From Chloropicon primus (taxonomy: Eukaryota): a stretch of 64,000 bases of DNA. The DNA lies in NCBI GenBank assembly GCA_023205875.1, contig CP060763.1, positions 124,001 to 188,000 on the forward strand, read 5' to 3'. Below the pieces are notes generated by a model that did no database searches, had not been told where the DNA came from, and worked only from the letters and a program-made list of their open reading frames with translations. Of the stretch, positions 21,901-33,005 are shown piece by piece (the stretch's first letter is position 1; each line of letters starts with the position of its first letter). The position numbers and the translations under genes were made by a program.

Positions 21901-23201
21901 GTCTTAATCGTCACAAGGACCAGCTGGCCGTTTTGAAGGGCCATTATCCCGTGAGCTTTGTTGACGCCGTCGTTCTTGAAGCACTCCAGCCACGCCAGCT
22001 TGCAGCCCGCAAGGTCCATGCCCATGGCAGTCTCGTTTTGGGCGATCTTCTGGATCTGTGGGACCACCTCTGGTATCACCAAGTACGCATTCTTCCTGGC
22101 TTGGTTTACATTCGCCGTGTGCATGGCGTCGCCCCCCGTGGGTTCAGCCATCCTATCCAACGGGATCTCCTTGGCAAATCCAGAGAAACCGAACTTGTTC
22201 ACGGCCACTGCGTTCATGGTCCTGTGGTCCAGCAGCAGGATGTAATCACTGCACATGACGAGGCACTTCCCCCCCACGCCCGGCATGCCCTGGACAGCGA
22301 ACGCGTCGTACGGCAAATTCACCTTCTCCATCAGTTTCGGGTACCTCCTGTGCGTCGTGTTGATGCTGAAGGCCTTGATCCCGCACGTGTCTTTGCACTC
22401 CCTCAGCCTCCCTGGCCAGGTCGGCCCCTTGGAAACGGAAGAGCTGCTCTCGTGAAGCAGGCAAAGGACCGGCTCGTTATAACCGTGCAGGAAGCAGATG
22501 TCCTTCACGTAAGAGACCTTGCAAACCTCGAGCAAACTGATCACGTCGGTTCCCTTATGAAACCGGTTGGCGCCAGAGGTCTTTTGCCTCTTTGGCGCCG
22601 AGTCCTCCTCCTTCTTCACCTCCACCGCATCAGTTATCTGCAACAGCTCATCCAAGTTGTGCTCCCTTGTTGGAATGAGGGCCACGAAATCAGAGTAAAA
22701 CATCATGGCGCACAGCCTCCCCTGCGGATCACACCTGAGCTTTTTCCTCGCCCTCGACTCATTCCTCGCCAGCGTCACCGCGTCGTAGTCCGCGAAGCTG
22801 TGGAGCGAAGTTGTTCGAAAGTCCTCCACGGCGTCCGGTGCTTCCGGGGCATACTCGATCACCGAGACCTGCGCCGACTCCGAAAGCAACACCAAAGCGT
22901 CTCTCTGAGATTTCGTCCGTCCCCTCAGCGTCTCTATCGCGTTCACTATCCCACCCATCGTCACAGTCCTCACCAAGTTGAACTTGAGCTTCTTCTTTCC
23001 CTTGAGCTCGCACTCCACCACCTGATACAGCTCCAGGATGTTGTTCCCCTTCAGGACGAACACCTCCCTCGCCGAGTCCGCCGCCGTTGCCGAGCTCGTC
23101 CCCAAGTCCTTCCTGCACCTCGTGAAGGCACCAGAGGCGCATGCTCGGACACACGTGGGCTCGAACACTTCCTTGTAATACGCGTAACTCATCTCAACCA
23201 C
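18903..23201 (-). CDS. CPSF1: Cleavage and polyadenylation specificity factor 160 kDa subunit
   Basis: 1432-aa beta-propeller protein with FLHGYNEPVL, TWPGR, LFLGSQLGSS, NLGPI, GEDYPCRG, AGLNPLRFR, VLDG motifs. Confidence 0.92.
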   Translation of the reverse strand: MVEMSYAYYKEVFEPTCVRACASGAFTRCRKDLGTSSATAADSAREVFVLKGNNILELYQVVECELKGKKKLKFNLVRTVTMGGIVNAIETLRGRTKSQRDALVLLSESAQVSVIEYAPEAPDAVEDFRTTSLHSFADYDAVTLARNESRARKKLRCDPQGRLCAMMFYSDFVALIPTREHNLDELLQITDAVEVKKEEDSAPKRQKTSGANRFHKGTDVISLLEVCKVSYVKDICFLHGYNEPVLCLLHESSSSVSKGPTWPGRLRECKDTCGIKAFSINTTHRRYPKLMEKVNLPYDAFAVQGMPGVGGKCLVMCSDYILLLDHRTMNAVAVNKFGFSGFAKEIPLDRMAEPTGGDAMHTANVNQARKNAYLVIPEVVPQIQKIAQNETAMGMDLAGCKLAWLECFKNDGVNKAHGIMALQNGQLVLVTIKTDAMSMRGSSSSKLFDFKVCGSSSMPSCVSTLSENVLFLGSQLGSSVLLRCRMASSKSIKSSSSPNEEALPEDEGNVENDSSAPRNDGEGDDDNELEKELFASEMDVDLDTLSLTVCDRLSNLGPIQDMVNINTNPKKKEDIALAAAVGYGKHGGVAILSQNWRYESLLKIDLADIKFLRTVYSEEGDAKKSQGSAYHAYLVLSTSESTMILETKEELELVTEKVNFVTEHPTICVGNLKARERIAQVYKKGVRIMVGTKVAQDISCKEILSSTKLEGDPSDLEIKDACVCDPYVLVLLSNGTLGMLRGDGNSKGKVAEFGGKSRGDISCMNVVKNGCGYFGTQDSSDTHLCFMCDNLAGLEVVSLPSFTTVFKSTSVYQGYAKLSNANEAGMEATSPSVSVSQIHCQIDRLTRDLWVSLMISDGFLYVYKLDGNPVGGHHLTRVSVLNEFLLNSGSPSNVTRRMMRLENVGKHNGYFVTGDKPFVVFLSQGQVRVYSAFRDGPITSITPFHNVNCNHGFVFATESGQLNVCNFNDRVSSTLSWWAEVKTVGATVHKITYSAETGVIAALVSKGIPYRKRKPEEGGGDAHATNVYAAQEAAVAARDKEEAFEVQLISAETLEVLWSHTLGPAEVGMSISSVYVKNQTDQSVSSIIAVGTATPRGEDYPCRGNVHLFKIEKQDIPNVELGQPSVKWGASLVTSKDFRGSPGGGGVHVVTCLDGYLLVGIGIKVLLFKWNGQYPPETPPGYPKIPQLEQCGFFDSTLFASSLATVKKFVLSGDSMRGIHFLRWLDAGNDSRKVLQLLSHDYDKPPIHHVQFLIDGSTLAIMGVDMHGNIRMYAFDPKDPDSLKGKKLLSRAVFYSGGRVSGVTRMTAKASSNSPAMTVSHRIGVCLSTYDASLGMLFPLDETTFKRLRSLQDRLVSSMVQVAGLNPLRFRHAKNVEAGRGQSSDKVLDGQTIWKFLHLSIEEQNKVAKLIGSRRETVLNSLRSLAVGMGVY

Positions 23202-23814
23202 ACACCTTCACTTCCTCAAGCTGCCACGAAGAACAAAGCTGCTGCTTGTGTCTGTCTCCCAAGCACAAAACGTGGCACAGAACGAAACAGGGAGAGAGAG
23301 CAAACGAGGGAAACGAGACACACGGAACGAAGCAATTCACCGATCAAGCCGCTCCTCCTCCTCCTCCTCCTCCTCGTCTTGCCCTCTGCCTCAACCAACC
23401 GCCACCTCCCTCCGCCAAACACTTTGGGCGTCTCGTGACCGAACCGAAGCGCGAATGGGAACAACTTATCGTATCGTTCGAAAGATCTCGACGAGTCCTA
23501 CCCCTTGACGACGATCTCGTTCCAACCCGATCACCTCTAACCACCTCACTGCCCTCGCCCTTCCCCTCCCTCCCTCGCGTGATCGAATCGAATCGAATCG
23601 AATCGATTCCGTTCTCCAATCTTGGTCGTTCCTTTCGAGGGAGGCGTCGATCGAAAGCTCGCGACAAGACGTTTCTCGTGATCGCTTCCCTGTCTCCTCC
23701 TTCCCTCTCCCCTCCCTTCCCTCCTCCGCGTCCTCCTCGACGGTCCGCCGCTTCCGATCGATCGCTCTTTTGATCGATCACTCCGCCACCCTTTGGCTTC
23801 GATCGATCAAACGC

Positions 23815-23848
<34 letters not shown>

Positions 23849-24039
23849 CGCGGCGAGGAGGACGAGAGCGAGGTTGTGAGTCAAGTGGAGCGGTAAGGGT
23901 TGAAGGTGGAAGCGTCTTGTCGCGAGATTTCCGTCGAGTGGTCGCTCGAAAGGAACGGAGGTGTGGTGAGGCGAGAGGGCTGTGATGGAGGGACGGTGAA
24001 GCGACAACGACGACGACGAGAGGAGAGAGGAGAGAGGAG

Positions 24040-26490
24040 ATGAGTGACCCGTGGGGAGGCGGAGGGAACTACAGCCAGTGGACGGGCCAAGGGTACTACG
24101 GGGCGGAGGGGCAGCAGGGCGTTCCCTACGGCGGAGGCTACCACCAGCAGGTAAATCAGGAGAACTACGCCGTGTTTCAACCTCAAACGGGTGTTCCAGT
24201 TCAAGGTCAAGTGGGTCAATATGATCCTTCCGTGTATGGTCATCATCATCATCAGCATCAGCAGCAGTACTACGGCGAGCAGGGTTACGCTTACATGGCT
24301 CAGCCCCAAGCTCAGCAAGTGCAGCAGCAGTGGCCGCAGCAGAACTATTACGGCAACGCCGGCGTTGGGGTGACCACGACGCCGAGCGGGACAGGCGCTG
24401 CGGTGTGGGACTCGTTGGGGAAGGCGGGGAAGAAGAAGAAGAAGAAGCAGGGTGAGCCGGAGGGAGAAAGCCAGTGGCCCCAGAGCCTTCGTGACTTTGT
24501 GGAGAGGGTGTTCCAGTACTGCAGAGGCACCGCGGAGCGGGCGAAGGCTCAGAAATGGATGAAGGGGACTATTGCCAAGTCCAAGGAGAATGGAACGATG
24601 TGGACGAAAGATTGGCAGTCTTGTGCGATACCAAGTTTCACTGACAGCGGCACGATTTCGACGTGCCCCATTTGCACCAGCACTTTTGTTCCGAAGACGC
24701 AGAACGTGACCATACTGAACAAGCAGAGGGCGGCCGCGGGGAAGGCGCCGGTGAAGGTGCCCCGGCGGTGGAGAGACCTGGTTTCCCTTCAGCCAGACCC
24801 CTCCTCCAGCGGGGGCGAGAAGATTGTGGCGTACACCCCCGAAGCAGTGGCAGGGAGGTGGGCCGTGCAGTTCGGCGGCATGCGGTGGGGGGATTGGGTC
24901 CACGAGCAGTGCTGCGATACGATGACGACGAAAGCGAAGGAGTTCCAGGACGTTTCCAAGCTCAAGTATCCTGAAATAACTCGCTCAAAGTGGGTCGAGC
25001 TTCAAAAGTGGGCAAAGCACGTGCTGCAGCAAACCGAGCAGGAACTGAAGGATCTCCTGGTGGAGGGGCGGGACATAGCAAGGAAGAGGCAAAAGTTGGG
25101 AACTACGAGCGAGCGTTCCTTGCACAGATACACTACTAACCAAAACACCGCCAGCACCAGCACCGCGTTTACTAACCAAGCTCTCCACGCAGGACACAAC
25201 ACGTCGAACGGCGACGAGGACGAGGACGAGAACCTGAGGAAGTCCTTGAGAAAGGATCGATTCGGGCAGGGGGGCCTGATGAGCGGGGAGACCCTCGCGT
25301 TCATAAACAAGGAAAAGAAGAAGGCGACGAAAAAATCGCGGTTTGCGACCAAGCAGGGTAAGCTCTCCAAGAAGAAGAAGTCTCTAGAGGAGGGAGCGTC
25401 CGGCGGCCCTGTCGTTGGGACCTGCGATCTGATGTGCCCCATCGCCGAGCTCGAGAAGAGGTTCAGGACGAACGACTTTGACGAGCTGGAGCTCCCGGGC
25501 ACTGGATTCAAGGGAGGCGTCCACGGCTTGGCGGTCAAACGCTTTGCCAGAACGATCACCGAGGAGGACAGGAAGCCCGACAGGCTTCGGACCAAGAGCG
25601 CCCTGCTAAAGACGATGACCCACCTCTCGTCCCTGATGGACAGCAAGCGAACGACTTTTGAGAAGGTCCACAGGTTTCTCTGGGACCGGTACCGGGCCAT
25701 CCGCACTGACCTATCCATTCAGCACATCAAGGACGACTTCGCTGTCCAGTGCTACGAGCAGATGATCCGGTTCCACATCATTGCCGAGCACGAGCTGTGC
25801 GAGGAGACGGCCACGGTGACTAACCCGCACGGCTTCAACTCGCACCTGAACGTGGAGCAAATGTACAAGTGCCTCACCTCTCTGTTTACCCTTTACGACG
25901 ACCTGGCAAAGGCTGGCCAGCCGTGCGCGAACGAGCCAGAGTTCCGTGCGTACAACATCCTACTGACCATGGACACCCACGGCAAGTACAGGAGGGACGA
26001 GGCGGCCCACACCTTCGCTCTGACCAGGATGAGGCCCGAGATTCTGCGTTCCGACTTTGTGCGGTACGCCGTCAAACTGAACTCCTTCTATCACGAGGGG
26101 AACTTTGTGAAATTCTTCAAGATCGTGAGAAGGAGCCCCTACCTCGTGTCCTGCATCTTGCACGCTTACTTCGATCCGGCCAGGGCGAACGCCGTTCGCT
26201 TGTTTTCCCAGGGCATGTACGGAAGGAGCACGACCTTGCCGGTGAGTTTTGTCCGCGACGCCCTGCTGATGGACAACCAAAGGGACGCCAAGGAGCTCCT
26301 GCAGAGTTTTGGGCTCTCCGTCCAGCGGGGCGAGGGCGGTCTCTTGGTCTCCATCGGCGAGAAGAACTTCAAACCTCGCGAGGAAACCTTGAGAAAGCGC
26401 TCGGCTTTCATATCCTCCCTCAAGGGCAAGTCTTCCTACAGGGACCTCTGTCGATCCCAAACAACCCTTGGCACTTTCCAGTTGTTATAA
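24040..26490 (+). CDS. SAC3/GANP domain protein (TREX-2-like mRNA export factor)
   Basis: VVGTCDLMCP, AVKRFAR, FLWDRYRAIRTDLSIQ, NVEQMYKCLTSL, NEPEFRAY; Q/Y-rich N-terminus. Confidence 0.85.
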   Translation: MSDPWGGGGNYSQWTGQGYYGAEGQQGVPYGGGYHQQVNQENYAVFQPQTGVPVQGQVGQYDPSVYGHHHHQHQQQYYGEQGYAYMAQPQAQQVQQQWPQQNYYGNAGVGVTTTPSGTGAAVWDSLGKAGKKKKKKQGEPEGESQWPQSLRDFVERVFQYCRGTAERAKAQKWMKGTIAKSKENGTMWTKDWQSCAIPSFTDSGTISTCPICTSTFVPKTQNVTILNKQRAAAGKAPVKVPRRWRDLVSLQPDPSSSGGEKIVAYTPEAVAGRWAVQFGGMRWGDWVHEQCCDTMTTKAKEFQDVSKLKYPEITRSKWVELQKWAKHVLQQTEQELKDLLVEGRDIARKRQKLGTTSERSLHRYTTNQNTASTSTAFTNQALHAGHNTSNGDEDEDENLRKSLRKDRFGQGGLMSGETLAFINKEKKKATKKSRFATKQGKLSKKKKSLEEGASGGPVVGTCDLMCPIAELEKRFRTNDFDELELPGTGFKGGVHGLAVKRFARTITEEDRKPDRLRTKSALLKTMTHLSSLMDSKRTTFEKVHRFLWDRYRAIRTDLSIQHIKDDFAVQCYEQMIRFHIIAEHELCEETATVTNPHGFNSHLNVEQMYKCLTSLFTLYDDLAKAGQPCANEPEFRAYNILLTMDTHGKYRRDEAAHTFALTRMRPEILRSDFVRYAVKLNSFYHEGNFVKFFKIVRRSPYLVSCILHAYFDPARANAVRLFSQGMYGRSTTLPVSFVRDALLMDNQRDAKELLQSFGLSVQRGEGGLLVSIGEKNFKPREETLRKRSAFISSLKGKSSYRDLCRSQTTLGTFQLL

Positions 26491-26655
26491 AGAAACATAC
26501 CCAGGCTTTGGCTTCATCATCGAGCAGCTCCAAAAAAATTTTCTTCATCAGAAAAAAAAGAAAAACGCTTCCCGCCATAAAATAACGCTTGGCTCTCTCT
26601 CTCCCTCCAAAACCAAAACCCACCGCTGGCCGGCGCGAGGAGCACGGGGGGAAGC

Positions 26656-29600
26656 ATGACGGACGGGAGCGAGGTCAACGGGAGCGATGCCAAGGTAAGT
26701 CCGCGACCCTTGACTCGCATCGTCGTGGAGGATCTCTACTCTCTCTCTCTTTTTTTTTTCCTCTCTCTCTCTCTCTCCGTTTGGCTAGGATTGTTGTCGG
26801 GTACCTCTCTTTCAAGATGCTTCGGCGACTTCGGGAGGTTTGGCCCCGCCTCAACTCGACTCGACTGGGCGACTGACTGACTGACTTGCTTCGCTTTCGC
26901 TTTCGTCGACCGCTAGACGCGGGATCTCGAGTGGCTCAAGGATTGTATCCAGGAGGGTGAGGTGGAGCCAGGCCAAGTGCTGAGGAGGGAGGGAAGGCTC
27001 AAGGATTGCGACAAGCTCTTCGAGGATGGGATGCTGGATGAAGGTGCGGAGGATGGGGAGGGTCTGGGTGAAGCTGACCTCGCATTTGAGAGCGAGAGCG
27101 AGGAGGATTACGGTTTGGATGACTTTGAGCTGGAGGAGGGGACTGACGCGGAGGAGAGGAAGCAACACCTTCGTGGGCAGCTCGTTTACCTTGTCCGAGA
27201 GTTCATGAAGAGGGATCCGGGGTACCTCAGGAAGCCTCTCTCTGCCCTGAACAAGGAGGCTGCACAATTCCAGAAGGGCGGTGACGACATGTCCGCCGTC
27301 GCAGCGTACTCGAAACTCTTCGCAAAAGTTACGAAGAACCGCTTGACCCATCCGGAGCTCTACGTCACTCACTGCAACAGGTAAGGTCTCCGTGCACGAT
27401 CTCTCTCTCTCTCTCTCTCTCTTTCAGTGGCTAACGGCTTGGGATGAACCTTCTTTCCTCAAGAGCGTCCGCGTACCTGAATCTCGGGCTTCACGAGGAG
27501 GCCTTGTGGGACTCGATGAAGTGCATGCAGCTCGCCGAGAAGGCGTTGAACCGAAACGTTGAGCTTGCCTCCCAGATATTTGTCAAGGCCCATGCCAAAA
27601 AGGGATTCGCGCTTTTGGGCATGGAGAGGTACAGGGCCGCCTCCGCCGTGTTCGACAAGGGGCTCAAGATGGACCCCTTCAGCAAGGACATGAAAAGAGG
27701 TCTCGAGGAGGCCCAGAGAATGATTCTAGAGGACTTGTTGAGCGGCAAGAGCCAGAGGGTGAAGGCCCTCCCCAGCAACAGGGACTATCATGCGCAGAAG
27801 ATCACGATGCAGCCCTATTCTGCTCCTCTGCACAAGATCAGGACTGAGGACATGCTTCCTCACCAGCTTTTGACGCCGTTCCAGGCGGAGAACGACTACC
27901 ATGTCAAGGACACTTACAACTACATGACCGTCCAAGGGGACATAAGAATGCCGAAGAGCCACTACACGTACTTGGAGGACGACTACAGGCACGAGATCTA
28001 CAAGGAGGCCATAACAAAAGCGGTCCGAGACATTTCCGTGGACATGGACTGCAGGGTCCTGCATTTGGGAGCCGGCAGCGGCTTGAACACCATGATGTGC
28101 CTCAAAGCAGGTGCCCACCACGTCACCGCGGTGGAGAGGTGGCTTTACTTGGCAATGAGCTCAAAGGAGGTCCTGCTCAGCAACGGCTTCAACGACGACC
28201 AAGTGAAAGTGATCTACAAGAGGCCAACGGACCTCGCTTTGTTGCGGGATGTCCCCGTGGTCTGCAATCTGCTGCTCTGCGATATTCTGGATGACGGGCT
28301 GCTGACCTCTGGAATCATTCCAGCCGTAAAGCATGCTCTTGGGAACATGATGATCGACCAGCCCGTGGTCATCCCGTGCTCGGCCACAGTGTACGTGCAA
28401 GCCGGCCAGGTGTACACGAAAGACGTCTGCGGATTCGACGTGAGCGTTATGAATCGCCACAGGTGGATGCCGGCGTTCACATCAGGGACGCCCTTCAATG
28501 AAGAGAGCTTTGTTCCTCTCTCTGCGCCTATGGAGGTCTGGCAATTCGATATGCTCACCCCTCCAGAGGAAGCAGACCAGCATTCCGTGGACGTTCACTT
28601 CACGAGGCCTGGGGTGTTCAACGCGATTCGGTTCTGGTACGATTTGCATCTGTACGACGGCGTTCACCTTTCCACGGGGCCCGAGACCGTGGAGTTGGGT
28701 CTCAAGTCCCTTCGGCCCGCAGTTCAGTACATGAAGGGGCAGATGCACGTCAAGGAAGGGGACGTCATCCCCTTGACCGCGATGCATAACACCGTGAGGA
28801 TCAAGTTTGACATCGATGACGCAGAGTACGCCAGCATCGCCAGGCCCGACGCTTCCTTCCCCCAGAACCAATTTTCGTTCTTGAGCGACACGACGCGGAA
28901 TGAAGCCTACTATCGTGCCATCGATAGGGTCATCGCCAAGATGAAGAAGCAGGGGAAAGAAGTCCATGCTCTGGACATGGGGTGCGGCAGCGGCTTGTTT
29001 TCGATGATGGCGGCGAGGTGTGGTGCAGACTCTGTAGTTGCAGCAGAGATGCACGATGGCTTGTGCGACACGGCGAGGCACGTCATCGCCCGGAATGGCT
29101 TGTCAGAGAACATCTCCGTCGTGAACAAGGACATTGGTTTGCTGGAGAGGGGAACCCACGTGAGGGCCTACGGCGCCAATCTTGTGATTGCCGACTTCTT
29201 CGATTCTGGCCTGCTGCGGGACAACTTCATGTTTCTGCTTGAGAAGGTGAAGACGAGAGTGCTGCAGGAAGAGTACTCGATCGTGCCAGCGGCGGCCACG
29301 ATCTATTGCATGGGCATCGAGTCTTTCACCAAGAACGTGCAAGGGTTTGATTTCTCCTCGTTCAACAAGTATCGCTGGGACAAGCAGTACGAGACGGCGG
29401 ACCTGGCTTCCTTGCCCCACAGAAAACTGACAAAGCCCAAGAAGGTCTTCGAGTACTTCTTCCAAGGCGATCGAAAGGGCAGAAGCAGGGAAAACGTCCT
29501 GAAGCTCGAGGTCGTGAATCCCGGGCACATGAACGCGATCGTCTTTTGGTTTGATCTCCACCTGGATGAGCACGAGACCATAACGTCTGCACCGCCAGGT

Positions 29601-30299
29601 GTCACATCAGGGGGCGTTGTTTTGAAGAATTATGGCGACGAGAGCTTGCTGAAGGAGGCCGACGCGCCGAAATTCGAGGACGATGACACATTCATCCCGA
29701 GCGAGTCCTTCGAGGGCGAGAGAAAGGGCTACGCGTTCAAAAAGGGAGAGCAAGGTCTGGGTTACTACGTCGATTTCCCTGGGCACTACGCGGCCCAGCA
29801 GAATTACTCGTCCCTGGTGGAGGCGGACGACGACGAAGAGGAGCAGCTGCAGGAGCACCACTGGGGCCAAGCCCTGCAGTACTTGGACAGGGCGGTGCAG
29901 GTTCAACCCAAGAAGAGGATCACCATCTTGGCGAAGAGGGAGGGAAATGCGATCAAGTTCTCGCTCAAGGAGGGAATCGGAAGCAGGGTGGGCAAGTCCC
30001 CGTGGAAGGTCGAATGGGGTGGCGGGGCATCCGTGGAGAACCCTCACTACCAGAGAGTCCACTACTGCCAGCTCCTCGTAAGCGACTTTCTCATGAGGCT
30101 GAGGTCCAAGAGGTTTCCGCCGATAGAGAAGGACATGAAAATGATGCTGGCGAACTGCGGCAACCTGTTCCTGGATCCTGCGGTCATCACAGAAGTCTAC
30201 CACGAGTTTGTCGTCCTGGAGATGATCCACGGCCAGCCTGAGTTCTGCCCTGGCGCATCCCTTGAGGCCCTCACCAAGCCTCCACTCCAGTTCTCCTAA
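26656..30299 (+). CDS. TPR + tandem protein-arginine methyltransferase domains (PRMT7/PRMT9-like), 3 exons
   Basis: Exons ~26656-26693, 26917-27380, 27464-30299; TPR helices (HCNR/ASAYLNLG, KAHAKKGFAL); two SAM motifs VLHLGAGSGL and ALDMGCGSGL; HHWGQ. Confidence 0.85.
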
Positions 30300-30585
30300 C
30301 CTTTAGTAGTAAGTCCCCCCCCTGTTGTGTGGAAATCAATGGATTAGCCCTCACCTTCATCCACCATCATCACCAATGACCACCTTGCTCTTCCCTCCAT
30401 TTTGGTCAAGTGAGGGCTCTTCGGAAAGAGCAAGAGCAAGAGAAAGACGCAGTGCAAGAGATCCTCCTCCCCCTCCCTCCCCCTCTGCCCCATCATCATC
30501 ACCATCATCACCACCACCATGATCGTGATCGTCATCATCTCCCTTCTCCAAGCCAGGCCAAGAGCTTGGCGACCGAGGAGGCAGG

Positions 30586-31701
30586 ATGACGACGAGGAGG
30601 CAGGACCCCGTGGCGGAAGAGATGCGAAGGAAGGACGAGAAGCCGTCGATATCGATTCGGAAAGCACGCGAGCTCGCTCTCGAACACTTCAACCTTCGAG
30701 GACCTCACCCTCTCGACCGCATCTTTCGTTTTGGTCGACAAGCCACGAGGATCATTCCCTTGAACAGCTACGATGACAGGAACTTTTTGTTTTACCGGAA
30801 GCGGATGGTGAAGTTCTACAATGGCGTTGAGAGCGGGCATCCGGCATTCATCGATGCTCAGGGGCGAGCGATGGCGAGGTGCAAAGCTGGAGGGATCTTG
30901 ACAAATGCTCCGGTCTTGGCCAAGGATGGCAAGGACGTTGTGTTTGTGGAACTGGTGAGGAAGGATGAAGGGAGTGGTGAGTTGGTGACGAGGAAGCATG
31001 CGATGCGGGTGCTTGAGTTCATCCCTGGGAAGGTCTTGGGAGACATTGAGCAGACGGATGACTTGCTGGTGCAAGCGGGCGAGCTCATAGGAAGGGTTGA
31101 CGAAGTTTTTCAGAACTTTGATCACATTGGGTTTCACAGGAACCACTTGTGGGATCTCAAGCACTCTCTCAAGCTCCGTGAGTTCGTGGGCCACATCCGT
31201 GGAGGGTCCAGGAAGGAGCTCGTGGTGAGGGTGTTGCAGGAGTTTGAGGACAAGGTCTTGCCTCTATCAGGCAAGCTGAGGGAGTCTGTGATACACAACG
31301 ACGCGAACGACCAGAATATCTTGGCGGACGAGAAGGGCAAGGAGGTGATTGGTATATTGGATTGGGGGGACATGGTCAAGTCTTGGCTCGTGTGCGAGAT
31401 TGCAATCGCGATGGCTTACGTCATGCTGAACAAGGAAGACATCCTGAAGGACGCGTCCTCGTTGCTCAAAGGTTACTGCAAGCGCGTCCAGCTGCGGGAG
31501 TGCGAGGTCAAAGTTCTCAGAACGCTCATCGCTTGCAGGCTCGCGTGCTCGAGCACAATGTCCGCCTATTCTGCCTCCAAGGATCCGGACAACAAGTACT
31601 TGCTCTTGACTCAGGAGCCCGGGTGGAAAGCGCTAGAAGCTTTCATGGCGCTGCCCGAGGACGTCGTGAGCAAAACGTTTGCCCGGGCCGCAACAGCGTG
31701 A
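30586..31701 (+). CDS. Hydroxylysine kinase-like (APH/choline kinase superfamily) phosphotransferase
   Basis: LNSYDDRNF, LEFIPG, LWDL, IHNDANDQNIL, ILDWGD, EIAIAMAY. Confidence 0.8.
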   Translation: MTTRRQDPVAEEMRRKDEKPSISIRKARELALEHFNLRGPHPLDRIFRFGRQATRIIPLNSYDDRNFLFYRKRMVKFYNGVESGHPAFIDAQGRAMARCKAGGILTNAPVLAKDGKDVVFVELVRKDEGSGELVTRKHAMRVLEFIPGKVLGDIEQTDDLLVQAGELIGRVDEVFQNFDHIGFHRNHLWDLKHSLKLREFVGHIRGGSRKELVVRVLQEFEDKVLPLSGKLRESVIHNDANDQNILADEKGKEVIGILDWGDMVKSWLVCEIAIAMAYVMLNKEDILKDASSLLKGYCKRVQLRECEVKVLRTLIACRLACSSTMSAYSASKDPDNKYLLLTQEPGWKALEAFMALPEDVVSKTFARAATA

Positions 31702-31772
31702 AGGGAGGGGGGAGCGAAAATGATTTTTACTGCCCGATTATATTGAATTGCTTATGATATTGTTTTGTTTTA

Positions 31773-32865
31773 CTACGGCCTGCAAGCGCAGGCGCCGTTG
31801 ATGAGCGTGGCCTGGAACGTTCTCTTCCCTCCCTGAGCGCGAAGGATCTCCGGCGGAAAGTCTCGGGCACAACCTCCCCCGCCGTCGCAGGCGCCATCCT
31901 GGAGAGCAGGCAGCAGCATCAGGCTGCATGTGGCGCCCTCCGCCTCGCAAGTCTGGTGAACAGAGTACGTGGAATACCTCAGGCAGGGCTTGCCCGCGTC
32001 CTCCGGTCCGTGACACAATCTGCCCTGCAGCGACGAGGAGTTTCTCAAGGATTCCCTCGGCACAAGGCACATCATCTTGACTTTGGCGGAGCAGAAACCC
32101 GTGAAGACCTCTATGCCGGAATCGAAAGGCTGGACCTCGTTCACCATGACCGTGTTGCCCCTCCCCTTGTAGTAACTGTTCCAGTTCCAGATCAGAAACA
32201 CGATGACGAGGACCATGATGACCGAGAACGCCAACAGGATGCAAGCGTTGATCCACCTGGAGAGGCGCTCGTGCCGCAAGAGGAAATCTTGTGGATGAAA
32301 CAGAGGGATGAGATGACATGGGATAAAGTGAGGTGAAGTGAGGTGAGGTGAGGTGAGAAGAAGTCAGCCTCTCTCTCGTTTGCTCGTGGAAAGGTTTGTT
32401 CGCACACTCACTTCGCAAGTTCCTGCTCCGCTGGCTCATGGCATCCTCCTCGTCCCCGGCGGCGTGTCCCGCCCGAGCCCTTCGCATGGTGAGGGCGTGC
32501 CTGTACGCCAGCGCCTCCTCCGACGTGAGTATCGTCTCGCCCGCCGGCAGCACGAACCTGTCCCCGCATATTTCGCACTCCATGCAGCCCTTCTCCAGCA
32601 CCCAGTGCCTCAGGCAGCTCTTGTGAACCGTCGCGATGGTGCCCCTGCAAGCGCACGGCATCACGAGGGGATCCTCCCGCGTGCCCCCCTCGAAGCAGAA
32701 CCTGCATTCCTCCTCCTTGTCGCCCTCGACCACCACCCCAACCGGCGAGCACTCACCATTCACCTCACCAAGCTCCACCTCTCCCATCCTCGTCGTCCTC
32801 GTCCCGGCCTCGTCCTCGTCCTCATCCCCCCTCCCGCTCGGCGACCTCATCGTTCCGCAGTCCAT
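31773..32865 (-). CDS. RING-CH (RINGv/MARCH-type) membrane E3 ubiquitin ligase, 2 exons
   Basis: CRFC...PCACRGT...VHKSCLRHW...CEIC; intron 32411-32288; one TM helix then a Cys-rich C-terminal domain. Confidence 0.75.
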
Positions 32866-33005
32866 GCCTGCCTGCTGCGCACTCGTAACGGGCGCACTCG
32901 TAACGCACGACGGGACGTCGACGTCGCCTTTTTTTTTTCGAGAGTCCAACGACTGACGCCGTCGAAGTGGGGCGGCTAGGCTACCTCCTGGGGGTGTTGG
33001 TCCCA

